Origin: Phoronis australis
Taxonomy: Eukaryota; Animalia; Phoronida
Reading direction: 5' to 3'
Length of the DNA stretch: 64,000 nt
Assembly (NCBI GenBank): GCA_002633005.1
Contig: NMRA01000177.1
Span: forward strand, 198,931-262,930
The translations under genes were made by a program, and so were the position numbers. Below the pieces are notes generated by a model, which ran no database searches, was not told the origin of the DNA, and saw only the letters and a program-made list of their open reading frames with translations. This document shows positions 52,501-64,000 of the stretch, piece after piece (within the stretch, counting starts at the first letter, position 1; the number at the start of each line of letters is the position of its first letter).

Positions 52501-55500
52501 GGACTTAATGAGACATAAGAGTTTCTATTTAACATTTTGCTATTACTAGCCAAACATTACATTTACAAGGAGAGACATCACAAAAATATATCAAATATTC
52601 ACAAATTTGCTACATACACTCGTTAGTACTACAGTGCTGAAAAAATTATTGTTTATAAAAATTTTGTGTACTACAGCTTTTCCAGAAAATGGGATAATTT
52701 TATTGTTCACAATAACTTCATGTAGCACTTGTTTACTTTATACGAGAATGGTCTTTCCTGAGGTGCGCATGCGTATATGAATGGATGTTTTTTGTTTTTG
52801 TTTTTTTGTACTTGTTGATCAGTTATAATAAATTTACATGTGAAAAAATTATTTCTCAGAAAAGGGTGATCGGACTCATATGAACATTCAGAGAATGTGA
52901 TTCATGCACTACTGACCAAAACCTTCATAGGAATTGTTTTCGAAGTAGCTGTAAACCAGCTTTCCATCACAAAAAATGTGATTCAGAACTGTTATGGTTA
53001 TAAAACTTGTCTCAAATTGTTCCTTACACAAATTGGAGATGATTTGAGGGCTTCAAAAGAAACGACATTTCGTTATTGTTTTAAGACAAGGTCCTGCAAG
53101 TTCGGGTTAATCACGTCATTTTGTATGTCGATCATGGTCTCAATGTATAACGATCTATCAGTTCATTGCAAACACAGAAATAACTTCTCATCTAAGAAAG
53201 GAACAGGTTGAAGCCAATTTTAAAGCGATAACTAGTCAATGTCAAACGTTCACTTCTTGGACGCAACACGGCTTTATACGTGGTTTAAAGCTCTGCCCGG
53301 GTGTTGTCCAATGAGATGCTGACAGGCAACGTCAGCCTTGGAGTTCTGTGCCTTCTGCTGTCACGGGGATGGTCTTGGAAGGGAATTAATGCACCAACAT
53401 ACCCCCAATGATCCTGTCCGTGACAGGTATTATTACCCGGTTTAAAAAAATCACTTTTGCGTGAAGTGCTATAAAATTTGGTATTTTATATTTTTGTAAG
53501 ATATCAAAAGTTATATAAAACATGAACGAAAAGATAAGTTAGAAAACTGGTCATGTTCGTGAGATATCGTTGTTTTCCTATGAATTTGCTAAATGCACGA
53601 CACTTTTCATTGTTCACAGTTTTTATTCCGTTGCGTTCATACTTTCGGAACAAAACTCTACTCTCAACTGAACATAGATACAGTAACTGACCTAGCGACA
53701 TAATTAAAAGACACACGATATTTCGAAACATACTCGTTTCATTCTCAAGTGAAGATAAAATGACGCAGTAATGCCACCACAGAGTATAAGCTGACGACAC
53801 ACACAGTGAGACACGGCGGGTGTGAAATACTGCAAAGAATGACAAATGAATTGGGGTAACAGGAAAGTCACGCAAACAAGTGTAACGTGCGGCGCGACCC
53901 TGTTTGCTGCTCATTCAAAACTGGCTTCTCAAAAGCAATTAAAAGGGACTCTAATACTTTCAAACGCAGCACATCTTGCTCCACGTAGCGAATTGACGTG
54001 TTTTCCACAATTTCTTGACGGGTGATTTTACGTGNNNNNNNNNNNNNNNNNNNNNNNNNNNNNNNNNNNNNNNNNNNNNNNNNNNNNNNNNNNNNNNNNN
54101 NNNNNNNNNNNNNNNNNNNNNNNNNNNNNNNNNNNNNNNNNNNNNNNNNNNNNNNNNNNNNNNNNNNNNNNNNNTTTTGAATGAGCAGCAAACAGGGTCG
54201 CGCCGCACGTTACACTTGTTTGCGTGACTTTCCTGTTACCCCAATTCATTTGTCATTCTTTGCAGTATTTCACACCCGCCGTGTCTCACTGTGTGTGTCG
54301 TCAGCTTATACTCTGTGGTGGCATTACTGCCTCATTTTATCTTCACTTGAGAATGAAACAAGTATGTTTCGAAATATCGTGTGTCTTTTAATTATGTCGC
54401 TAGGTCAGTTACTGAATCTATGTTCAGTTGAGAGTAGAGTTTTGTTCCGAAAGTATGAACGCAACGGAATAAAGACTGTGAACAATGAAAAGTGTCGTGC
54501 ATTTAACAAATTCTGTATAACAGAAAACTTGCTCCCGAAGTACAGCCAGTTTTCCTATGAGAGTATCTTTGTTTTTGGCTTGAACTGAAAGAGAAATGAT
54601 GACGTGGTCTAGCATGTCGTTAACTCCTCTTTACAGAAATTGTGCAATTAGTCTTTCTTGTTATCTAAGCTGGTTCATTTGCGCTTTGTTTTGCCATCGT
54701 CATCCAGACCATCAATTACGTGTCTTGATGTGGGCTCATGGGTTGCATAAACTTCAATAATGATCCGCTGGACAAGTTCAATTGTTGCATGACGTTAGGT
54801 GCATTGTTCAACAATAACAACGTGGCGTTTGATAATGCGACGTCATTGTTGCTATGCGGCGTACAACTTTTATGCAACCGGGCATAAAAAGGGTATTACT
54901 TACATTTATGATTTGCTTGACCCGGATGGACTTTTTGTGTCTTGCATATTATTTTATAACAAGTACGGTTTCACTTCACTGACCATTTACGATTTTCATG
55001 GACTTGTACGTCCAATTTTTCAGTTTTTAAAATGAAAAAAAATATATTCCAGAAACATGAAGTTTTCTGTAAGCCTTCTAAATTTCTCAAAAATATGAGC
55101 AAAGGTTGCCAATATAAACGAATGTATTCTCAATTAATAGTAGGCATTTTCAAAAAACCCAACGTATTAGCTGATATGTGTTGTGTCCACCGCGCGTGCG
55201 CGAATATGTCAAATAATCACATGGACATGATACAAGTGTCAATAAACTATTTAAAAAAAACCTTTACTGATAACACGTAGTCCAATCAAAGACAGACTGA
55301 CATCCAAAATTAACGTTTACTAGCTTTAATTTCTGATAAATTATGCTTTGTTTTGTAGATATTTGAGCAGATGTGCACACTACCAGATAACGCTATGGCA
55401 CTATCACCCCATAATGTATTTAATCGGTCATGATGTTTATGTCCATATCAGCGTGTCCACATTTTAGTTATATTTGCTGGAACGTCATAAAAAGAAGTCT

Positions 55501-56028
55501 CGGTGAAGCCGCGGCGAACCTACGACACACTTTCAATGAAAAACAAAATCAAGGCTACTGTAGCTAGTATTGCGCTAGTTAAATGACTGGTTAACATGTT
55601 TTGGTAGGTATAATGAAATCTTCACATGAATGTGTATTTTATAGGTATACCTCATTTCAAAAGTTTCGGCGGGCAACAAGGCTAAGTTATACATGCTGCC
55701 AAAGTCTAAATGGGGAAGCAAGTCTCGCGTGAACATCGCTTCAATCGCTCAACTCCCCATGCTGGGCTCCTCAGCCAGAATGCCCTTAGTTGCCGCCGAC
55801 ATATCACCGAATGGACAAGAGATTCTGGTGAAAGCCTACAACAAATTGTTTTATTGGAAGAGACGAAGTGGCGAGAGCGTGCGGAACGCGCTGCTGCGGC
55901 GACCAATCGAGGTGCCGGTAGAGAAAGAACCCCAAGGGGAAACAGTGGCTTGGAGCGCACGTGGAAACGGCTACTATACCTTGAGTGAAGGAAAAAATCG
56001 TCCTTTGTACTTTTACAAACGACAGTGA
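49519..56028 (+). CDS. Secreted 298-aa protein with bacterial-type beta-propeller motifs, 5 coding exons; function unknown
   Basis: Exons 49519-49609, 49900-50030, 51367-51511, 51895-52040, 55645-56028 (897 nt, phases compatible). Signal peptide MIRLLVALYSLCVVTQSAP; motifs EASGLAASRKHPDVLYSLDDSG, DWEDLAVG, IYIGDVG, ADISPNGQEILVKAY, EPQGETVAW, GYYTLSEG. AATAAA at 56044. Confidence 0.85.
50206..50909. mobile_element. Two adjacent hAT-like MITEs (about 50206-50364 and 50678-50909)
   Basis: Ends such as CATGCGCGCACCCAG / CTGGGTGTGCGTATG, with GGGGGCTC...GAGCCCCC subterminal motifs. A related piece lies at about 61900-62128. Confidence 0.55.
52267..52390 (-). mobile_element. tRNA-derived SINE
   Basis: Minus strand A box TGGCCTAGTG and B box GGTTCGAGTCC. 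Homologous to 58050-58172 and to a fragment at about 6650-6692. Confidence 0.7.
53582..54512. repeat. Inverted repeat with arms of about 337 bp around an assembly gap (N 54035-54174)
   Basis: 53582-53919 is the reverse complement of 54175-54512 with only a handful of substitutions. Confidence 0.85.
54877..55170 (+). mobile_element. Decayed L1/Tx1-like LINE ORF2 C-terminal fragment
   Basis: KKGITYIYDLLDPDGLFVS..FYNKYG..DFHGLVRPI resembles the post-RT region of invertebrate Tx1-like elements; frameshifted. Confidence 0.5.
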
Positions 56029-57218
56029 AAATGAGACAAATACAATAAAGCCACTGTGAATGACGTACAGTAACATTCTTTAATTGTTCGTTTCACTTTC
56101 ATCAGCCGGTTTGTCATCAGTGACACACCGATCTGGTAAAAGAGTTCAATGGGAACTGGCTAACAGTCGTCATGGCAACGAAATTCATTCTTGAGAACAC
56201 GACGTTTCATTTTATTGATTGTAAAGCATCCTCAGCTGAATATAAAGAAAGGTTTAGGAAAACAGGAAAAGTAAAAAAAATACTTTCAAAGAAAAATGCT
56301 CAAAATCTATTTTGTGCTTTCTCAAGTTTTGAGTCACATCTAACAGGTTATGTAATGAAATTTTACACATGTAACACGACAAAACTACCAGCGTTTCTAA
56401 CCCTCTTAAAAGGAACAACAACACAGGGGTGACCTGCATTTGTCTAACATGGATCATAATTTGGACTTGCCATACCTGTCTATGACTGGTTTCAGAACCT
56501 GTGCACGCGGGCCTCAGCTCCAATACTTCCGTCTTGGGTCTGTGAATATGGACCAGGGCAGACTACAAGCTATGCGGCTCAAATGAAAATGAGGCTCAGC
56601 CCATAGCTCATGATAAACCAGGTGGATTTTGCACGATGAGGACCGCGGTGAGAGGCCGGGGGTGAGGCAAATGTCTCACTGGATTTCTAGCAGGTGATGA
56701 GCATAAATCCTTACAGCATGGGCCAGTTGAGATAAGTTCTTAACTGATCACAATCGGAAATTTGAAAATCAGTTATTTCATCCATCATCTAACAACAAAA
56801 AAATCTCTGGTTTGCTCATGTAACCATGTGTACTACTACGTTGTTTACAACGAATGTAGTTTACAGGTCACTGAGAGAGCATTTAACCTCATTTTGGCGT
56901 GTGATTACAATCATTTAAAATTGACTGAGAACACCTTCTCATTTGAAATTTAAGATTTCTCTTAGCTAAGTTAGTTTTCCTGGTACAGGCCCCTAAAATC
57001 ACCTCTAATTTGACTGAGTAACAATTTGAAACCAATTTCATAATGGTAAATGGCCTAAACCAAACCTTGTTTTTTAACAGAAATTACAGTTGATGTCATT
57101 TTAAATTGTAAGGAATAACAGATATCCTGTGTGCAGAAACAGGCAAGAATCAACAGCAGGAGCATAATGTTTCATGACAACACATTTATTGTCGCTATCA
57201 TTAGCATCCACATGGCCA

Positions 57219-60200
57219 TCAAAGTTTTGAACTCTTTGATGTCTGCTCCACTACACCATCGGTAATTAATCTGTCAATCGTGTCTTTACTAAGCCCCGCC
57301 TCCATCAGTACTTCCCTGGAGTGTTCCCCGGGGTTGGGGTTGCAGGTGCTCACGACCACACCTGGAGTTCTTTTAAGCAAGGGGGCAGGGCGGGGATCTG
57401 CACCTATTGGTGATTGTATGAACGACTGCCTGTCTTTGTTGTGTTGGTGATCGCATACCTCATCAAATTCAAGAACAGGAGTCACGCAACTGTCCGTGTG
57501 GTCGAATATACTGGTCCACTCGGCCTGAGTTTTTGACGCAAAGATGTCGGTAAACTTCTCAGCCAATGAGGGATCAGTTTGTTCAACTTCGTCTATATTC
57601 AAACCAAGTCCTGTAACCACAATTTTTAAATGAAGGTCAAGGCCGAAAGTGTGATATTCAAAATCTCCCGTATTCCGAGCGTAAAATCTATGAATTTTAA
57701 TTAGTCCACTACAGAGTTTTGAATTTCCACTGCCAACCAAAAAAATTTTTGGTGAAGCTAGTCAGGAGAAATTGGTGCGAGTGTGTATAAAAATCTGCAA
57801 GATTGTCATTTCTAGGTACATACAACTTTCAGCACCTGGAGCCCATATTATCAATGGTTGTTAACTAAGAGGGTCGTAAGTTTGATTTTAATTGACACAC
57901 GGTCTCAATATGGCTGGCAAAGCTTGGTGCTAAAACAAAAATGAATGTAAGTGATGTGGTGCACAGTGCACCATACATAGCCATTCTGCTCAGGTGGGAC
58001 CATTACACAGATCACCTGGATCCTATGCCTATTTATTCGGCATATAATCAAAACTAAGCAGAGGAACTAGAGACCTGACTCAAGGGTTTAGCAGTGTGCC
58101 CCAGTGGCACTCGAACTCATGACCTTGAGAAAAAGAAGCAGACACTTATCTCCCTAGGCCACACTGCCACCTGTAGGCAATAAGTCTGACTATGAATTAT
58201 TATCAATTAAACATCTGTTGCAATGTTTCACCCTCATAAAAACACAGCAACGCGTTCATAATAACATGCCTACAACCTTTGACAACAAAAAATGCCCCAG
58301 AAGCACGCTCACCACTGGTCCACTTAATTCCTCATACTGAAAATTTACAGGAAAGATAAGCAAGTGGTTCGATATTGAAAATTACGGGTGAAAATCTATA
58401 AAGTATGAAACCCATATAAAAGCAACAAGAATGCTAATAATAATAACAATTTATAATATTGTGGATTTATAATCACCAGCAAAAACTCCAACAAAATTCT
58501 TCCAAGTTTGTTTGAAGGTTTCTATGCTGCAAAGTGCTTTCACTGAATTCATTCAACAACACTAGAATCCATATCTAAATAACAACTCTTACCTTTAACA
58601 AGCTGCCTAAAAAACTGTGGCTCCAAGGCCCCAACAGCCATGTACTTTCCATCTTTAGTACGGTAAGTTTCATAAAAGGGGGCGCCACCGTCTAACAAGT
58701 TTTTGCCCCTTTCTCTGTTGAAAAGAGGCGAGTCCTGGTTTCTAAACAAAAAGGACCCTGAAAAGAAGCAGACACATGCCGTGAAATCTCAACTTTGGAC
58801 AACCATAGTTACCCTAATGGCCTTTATATCATTTTTCGTGAGCTTCTAATATTGATGTGAATACAGTCCATGACGGCATTCTTCCGTTCAGTGACTTTGC
58901 CAGACGTAGAGGGTTGTGAGCCTATGATGACATCTAGCTCCTTTGTTAACTGCCAAGCATAGTCTTTTGTCTGGTAGGACAACAGGTAGGCCAATTATCT
59001 ACCAGGCTTATTACAGACCACCTGTGAACACAGTCAAACCCAAAGCAAATTGGTACGTTCTGAAAGAATAGATTGTCGTCACTTCGGTTTTAGTTGGGCA
59101 ACTTTGGTGATTCAAAAAGTAAACAAGGTCAGAATTTGACGAGGAATTCAGAAATGCTATTGGTTTATGCTCAATTATGTTATACCATAACTTATATTTT
59201 TAACAGCACAGCCCAGTCAGACTAGATATGATCTTATTGGAGATTAGAGCAATTATCGACAAAAGAGAGCTGGCCTTCCAACCATAAATGCCAGAATGGA
59301 ATTAATCAGTCGTGTAGGATATTGACTACAGGTGTCATCTTCTCAACTTGCTGTTGGGCTATAGAATCGAACACGTTGGGATCAACAGGAAAACGCCGAA
59401 ATGGTCGAACCTCAATACAAAATACATCCATACAATGATTACCTTATTACAGCGTTCAGAATTCCCCATCCCTTGTGACCATCAGCTACATTATACAACA
59501 AACAATAGCTGACTTTGCAACCGCACAGTCTGAAGAACATGCACACGCGTTTACGCCACAACCAAATACTGTATCGCTTAATGCATTGTGTACATAAATA
59601 GTATGGCAAACCAGAGCATTCCTAAGACCTGATTCTCAACAGGGTTTACGACTGAAGTCATTCAAGACACAAATGACATATAAAAGTCTACCCTGGTTAC
59701 AATGAACTATCGGTATATCCTACAAATTCCAAAGGTCCCAAAATGCACGTTGTAATGAGGCTGATTGTACCCAGATTTTTTCAAAATATCAAATGGTGGC
59801 TTTGTTAGAGAACTTCAAAAACGTTAAAAGCAATAATGTGGTGATGAATACGAGTGAATAAAAATTTCACTTGTCCGCCATATCGTGTCCTAATTTAGTG
59901 AGATTTCACTGTATTGGAAGACAACAAATTAAAATACTTTAGAGGTACAGCGGCTCCAATACAGACACATTGGGCAACTTAAATTCCATGCCAACAGGTT
60001 GTAGCTGATTTAGTGTTTGTATTACACAGTAGGTTTTTATTTTTAAAAATGAAAATGAAACAAAACAGTCAGTGCTTTACTGTTAACATATAAATTGCAA
60101 GTTTGTTACAAGTACAGAAATCCCTTCTACGCAACAATTTAAGATTACAGTTTTGAATGGTAAGCAATCAATGTCAAATGTTTTTGACACAAAAGAGGTC

Positions 60201-63106
60201 TTAAGGGCATTTAAAACACTACCAGAGTAAGTAATAAACCAGTAAGGCAAATAAACACAACAAAATGCTTAAATTGATGTGGTGAACAGAAACGAACTGA
60301 GTGTTTGTTTTATTTTAATGCAAAGGCCGAAAACTATTCTTACGAATATGATTGTTCTATGCTTTATGACAGTGGTATTACTTAATTTATAGTCCTGCTC
60401 TCAAACTGCCCATGTGGTTCCAGTATCCGAAAATACTTTCTAAATAAAATCTTATTTTCAACACCCTTTCTTTATATTCTTTTCGTCTTTCTTGCCAAAA
60501 GCGATTTTTTAACAGTTGTATTTGACCCTTCTCTGTTAGCGTAATTACCGGCTGTCATCGGTTATTTCCGTACCCACATTTCCGGCTCATCAGTTCAGGA
60601 ACTTGTCCTGAACGCCGCCATTTTTTACCACGTAACTGAATGTGCTATCGCTTGTTCGAAAAGTCTTCATGATTTTGTTTTATTAGTAATATATCGTGAT
60701 TCGTTTGCATATGTAGTGTATTTATAGTTTGTAGTTAGTGGTCGTTGAATTTTTTTGGAAAGTTACGCGTACTTAGTATGTTAAAATAGCATTGTTGTTT
60801 AGTTCCTTGCGTAGGTCGGTCAAACCTAAGAACCAATATGAGTCGAACCAATTTTTTTGTTTTAATTTTTTTTTCTCGTTTTGAAAAAGTACTTTGCTAT
60901 CATCGGAAAGGTAGTGCATTCTACTCAGTAAAAATCGAAAAAGTATCAAAATCGGGGCAAGCAGTGTAAACTTATTTTTGTGGCAAAATTTGGGTTACTT
61001 TGTTTGGACCGCATCGGCCATATTGGAGGACAGCGGGATAAGTTACGAGTTTAAAACTTTGTGTAAATTGTTTTCGCCAATAATTTACGGTGAAATTTAG
61101 TGAGACATATCTTTACTTACTATTCTGCGCGATTCAACAGTTTTCACCAAATTTCAGCCTCGCAGTTGTTACTTATTAAGTGATAAATGTGCTCACAATT
61201 CCCGTTGGACTCGGTCTCATTTCTGGTGGCAACGACAACATGGTGACTTTAGCTGAACTGGAAGGCATATTCAACCTGTTACTTTGTAATTTGAGAAGAT
61301 TTAATGTTGATACATTTTGACAAACATTGCTACAAAAAAGGAACTTTGTTCAATTTTCGCGTTTTTGTGCAAAAATATGAGATAAATTCGAAGTATTTTA
61401 CTTACATGAAGATAAAAAAATAGTTGAAATAATTTTGAAATGTTTTTATTTGTTTGACTGTCAATTGCTTGATTCGATGTCACAAAATGATTCATATTTT
61501 TCTAAATTTTAAGTCTCAATTGCTTTCAAGTCATGTTTTGTAACTTATTGCTTCTTAATTCAGGTTATCAAGTCAACAATATGAATAATCTTAATTTGAG
61601 AAATAAGCTATGTTGGATTGTGAAGCTTCAAGCCTCTAATTCTTGTTCCTTGCAACTTCATATTTTTTAAATCACGCTTGTCAAATTCTGATGTATAGAA
61701 ACACTATTCAGTCACCATGGTAATAGTTAGATGTATGTCCACTTTCATATCGTGGAAACTTAAGGACAGTGTTTGTAATGCTAAATGTTGTAAAGTATTG
61801 TGCATTTTAAGTTACTTATTATGTTATAAGGTTGAATCATTTTGGCTAAATGAATAAAAAATGATAACATTTTGTATTGGACTTGTCATACTTATGTGCT
61901 CGAAGGAGCCCCCTATTTGGAGAAATGGAAAAAGGTCTGTCTCAGTCAGAGAAGCACGAACTCCGAAAAAAGTAGAAAACGAGACAAAAGTCCACTAGAA
62001 GACAGGAAGCACCAAAATTTAGCGTCTGCAATTCATAGCTCTGAACATACCCAGTGAATCTTATAGTAAAAGGTAGACATTCCCAAAAATTCCAGCCCCC
62101 CATTTTTTTTGACTTGATGCGCTCATGAAAAAGTCTGGGCAAATCTATGTTGAAAGCCAACAATTTTGCACAGTTCGTTAGAAGACCCCAAGTTCTAAAT
62201 AAACTTCGTTTGAGCGAGCGCTGTGGCCAGGGACCAGGTAGGCCTAAGGGTAGCCTTGGCACACAGCTGTATAGGCTTACTAACAAGTTGTATTTTGACG
62301 GTAGTCTTCATACTGGTAGCTTCAGGCACTGAGGCTAGCTAACCTAAGGGCTGCCGCGGCAGTGTGACACAGGAGTAACCAGCCTGTAATTTTATGCAAG
62401 TGTCTGAAACTATCTTTGAATATATGCGGCATTTACGATTTGAACATTTTACTTCGACCAAACAGCTTGCAACCGCATGCCTTTGCCGTTCGCCAGTGCC
62501 TTGTCTCCATCCGCACCGGGTCCGATAGGCTGCACTCCCGAGTCCGGCAAAATAGTTTATATATATTCGCCACATTTCTTCAACACATTCGATAAAATTG
62601 TCCGTATTTTGATTTTATTAAAATTAAGGCACGCTGTCGATTATTTTATCCCCATTTGCAGGCTGGTAACAAGCACTCATCCATTCACACTGATGGCGTT
62701 TTCTTAGCCTGGGTTCCTGAATGAACTGTACTTCCGGGTTTGCGGCAAGTTCAAAATGGCGGTGGTTCTTCGGGTGCAAATCATGAGTGGCGCGTTCATT
62801 TAAACTTTTTTCGAGTACGGATCGTGTATTAGTTAAGGGTTAAGTACTTCTTGGATCCTTATAACATTCTCTAACCATGTAATAAGGGTTAACAACGTGT
62901 GAGACCAGGACTTTATGATTTACCTATGTAAGCAGCACCTTCCACCATGTTGGCATCAATAACTTGACCTTGACTTGACCTTGACCTCTCAAACAGAGCC
63001 ATCACAATACCCAAAGCGCATGTCATTCCACCTCCAGCGAAGTCTGCTAATAGATTGACTGGGGGACATGGCTTCTCACCATATCGACCGAGTTTGGAAA
63101 GAACTC
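57219..63106 (-). CDS. AMACR: Alpha-methylacyl-CoA racemase (CaiB/BaiF family), last three exons; 5' exons lie beyond the right edge
   Basis: Exons 63106-62924, 58757-58593, 57610-57219. Motifs [77 protein letters not shown]-terminal SKL (PTS1). Poly(A) signal at 57190-57185. Confidence 0.95.
58050..58172 (-). mobile_element. tRNA-derived SINE in an AMACR intron
   Basis: Homologous to 52267-52390 (CTAGA.ACCTGACTCAAGGGT.TAGCAGTGTG.CCCAGTGG.ACTCGAAC...CTAGGCCACACTGCC). Confidence 0.7.
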
Positions 63107-63617
63107 CTGTTAAAAAGGAAAAAGTTCTGCAACCCAACAGTCACATTAAGAACAACGAAAGACTTTTGCCACAACTAGATCACTTAAAAGTAGCTACAGC
63201 AATTTAGCACACAACATGGCCTACAAGTGGAATTCGATTTTGTTCAATTTCTCTACAAAAGTAAAGATCAAGACCATTTTAGTCTATTACAAGGACGGAT
63301 TGTAACAGATGTCATAAAACAACATTACTAAAATTCCTATTATTTCCAAAAAGATAATCAGCTTATTTCCTACTGCAATAAAGATTCACGCAGTTCTAAT
63401 TAAGTGAAGCCAAGATCTCAAACTTCAAACTTCGCTAGTCTAAAATTTCTCCAATTCTGAATTTCCAAAATTGCCCCTTTTGCATTTTTAAAGTGCTATC
63501 ATTGTTGAAAATGTCCACATTTTTTCCCAACATTATCTGATGGTAGCTATGGAAAAATCATAAAATCAGATTTCACTTGTACGCCATACTGTGTCCAAAA
63601 TTGGAGAGATTTTACAT

Positions 63618-63790
63618 TACCGTGAACGTTCGGGCTAACGCCCTGGGCGGTTAAATTGGCAAACCCAAAAAATCGGGGGTGGGCGGTTAACCAAACATGG
63701 GCGCTTAAACGTGAAACTTCAAAAAATCCAGGGTGGGCGATTAACCGAACATGGGCGCTTATTACGACAGACAACCGCCCTGGGCGGTTC
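63618..63790. repeat. Subterminal repeats of a probable non-autonomous DNA transposon
   Basis: Two copies of GGGTGGGCG.TTAACC.AACATGGGCGCTTA plus two of CGCCCTGGGCGGTT, after TACCGT. Confidence 0.45.
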
Positions 63791-64000
63791 ATCTTACCTC
63801 GTGATCTAAGTACCCACACCACACACGTAGGCCTACTCGGAACGCGTAGCACTTTTCAAAGAGCGTTATCGTCACGTCGCCACATGACGGGAAAAATGTC
63901 ATAACAGCGGATGATCCTAACAAAGGTTATCATGCCCTCAGATTAGTTATTCACTATTAAATTTACAGAATTGCTGAGTAATAGCCCCGTGCCGTCCTGC

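Noticed and set aside
53504-54588. Paired 136- and 135-aa ORFs
   Set aside because: Mirror translations of the inverted arms around the gap, inside an intron.
57611-57740. N-terminal part of ORF 57219..57740
   Set aside because: Intron read-through; the AMACR exon begins at the acceptor at 57610.

Overview
AT-rich, intron-rich animal genomic DNA, most likely a marine invertebrate (a mollusc-like lophotrochozoan is my inference). It is not prokaryotic, so most short six-frame ORFs are spurious or single exons; I rebuilt the genes by hand from GT-AG junctions and reading frame. Left to right: (1) most of a Kolobok-type DNA transposon, with the 3' end of a KolX/P2X7-ballast-like gene on + (to 656) converging on a 10-exon THAP-DDE transposase on - (8259 to 1266) that carries a frameshift and a nonsense codon, and an end ...CT|TTAA at 8533; (2) a 930-bp long-TIR element with a perfect 9-bp target-site duplication (TSD); (3) TTI2 with an uninterrupted 521-codon CDS; (4) a complete 13-exon SNX27 on - (44905 to 19251, about 504 aa) whose introns hold MITEs, a SINE, a LINE end, minisatellites (two built from its own splice donors), a heat-shock-element-rich LTR-like piece and two hammerhead-like motifs; (5) a 5-exon gene for a 298-aa secreted protein with bacterial-type beta-propeller motifs, a candidate domesticated horizontal transfer; (6) the last three exons of AMACR, ending in SKL. 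Family names come from motif recognition, not database searches.
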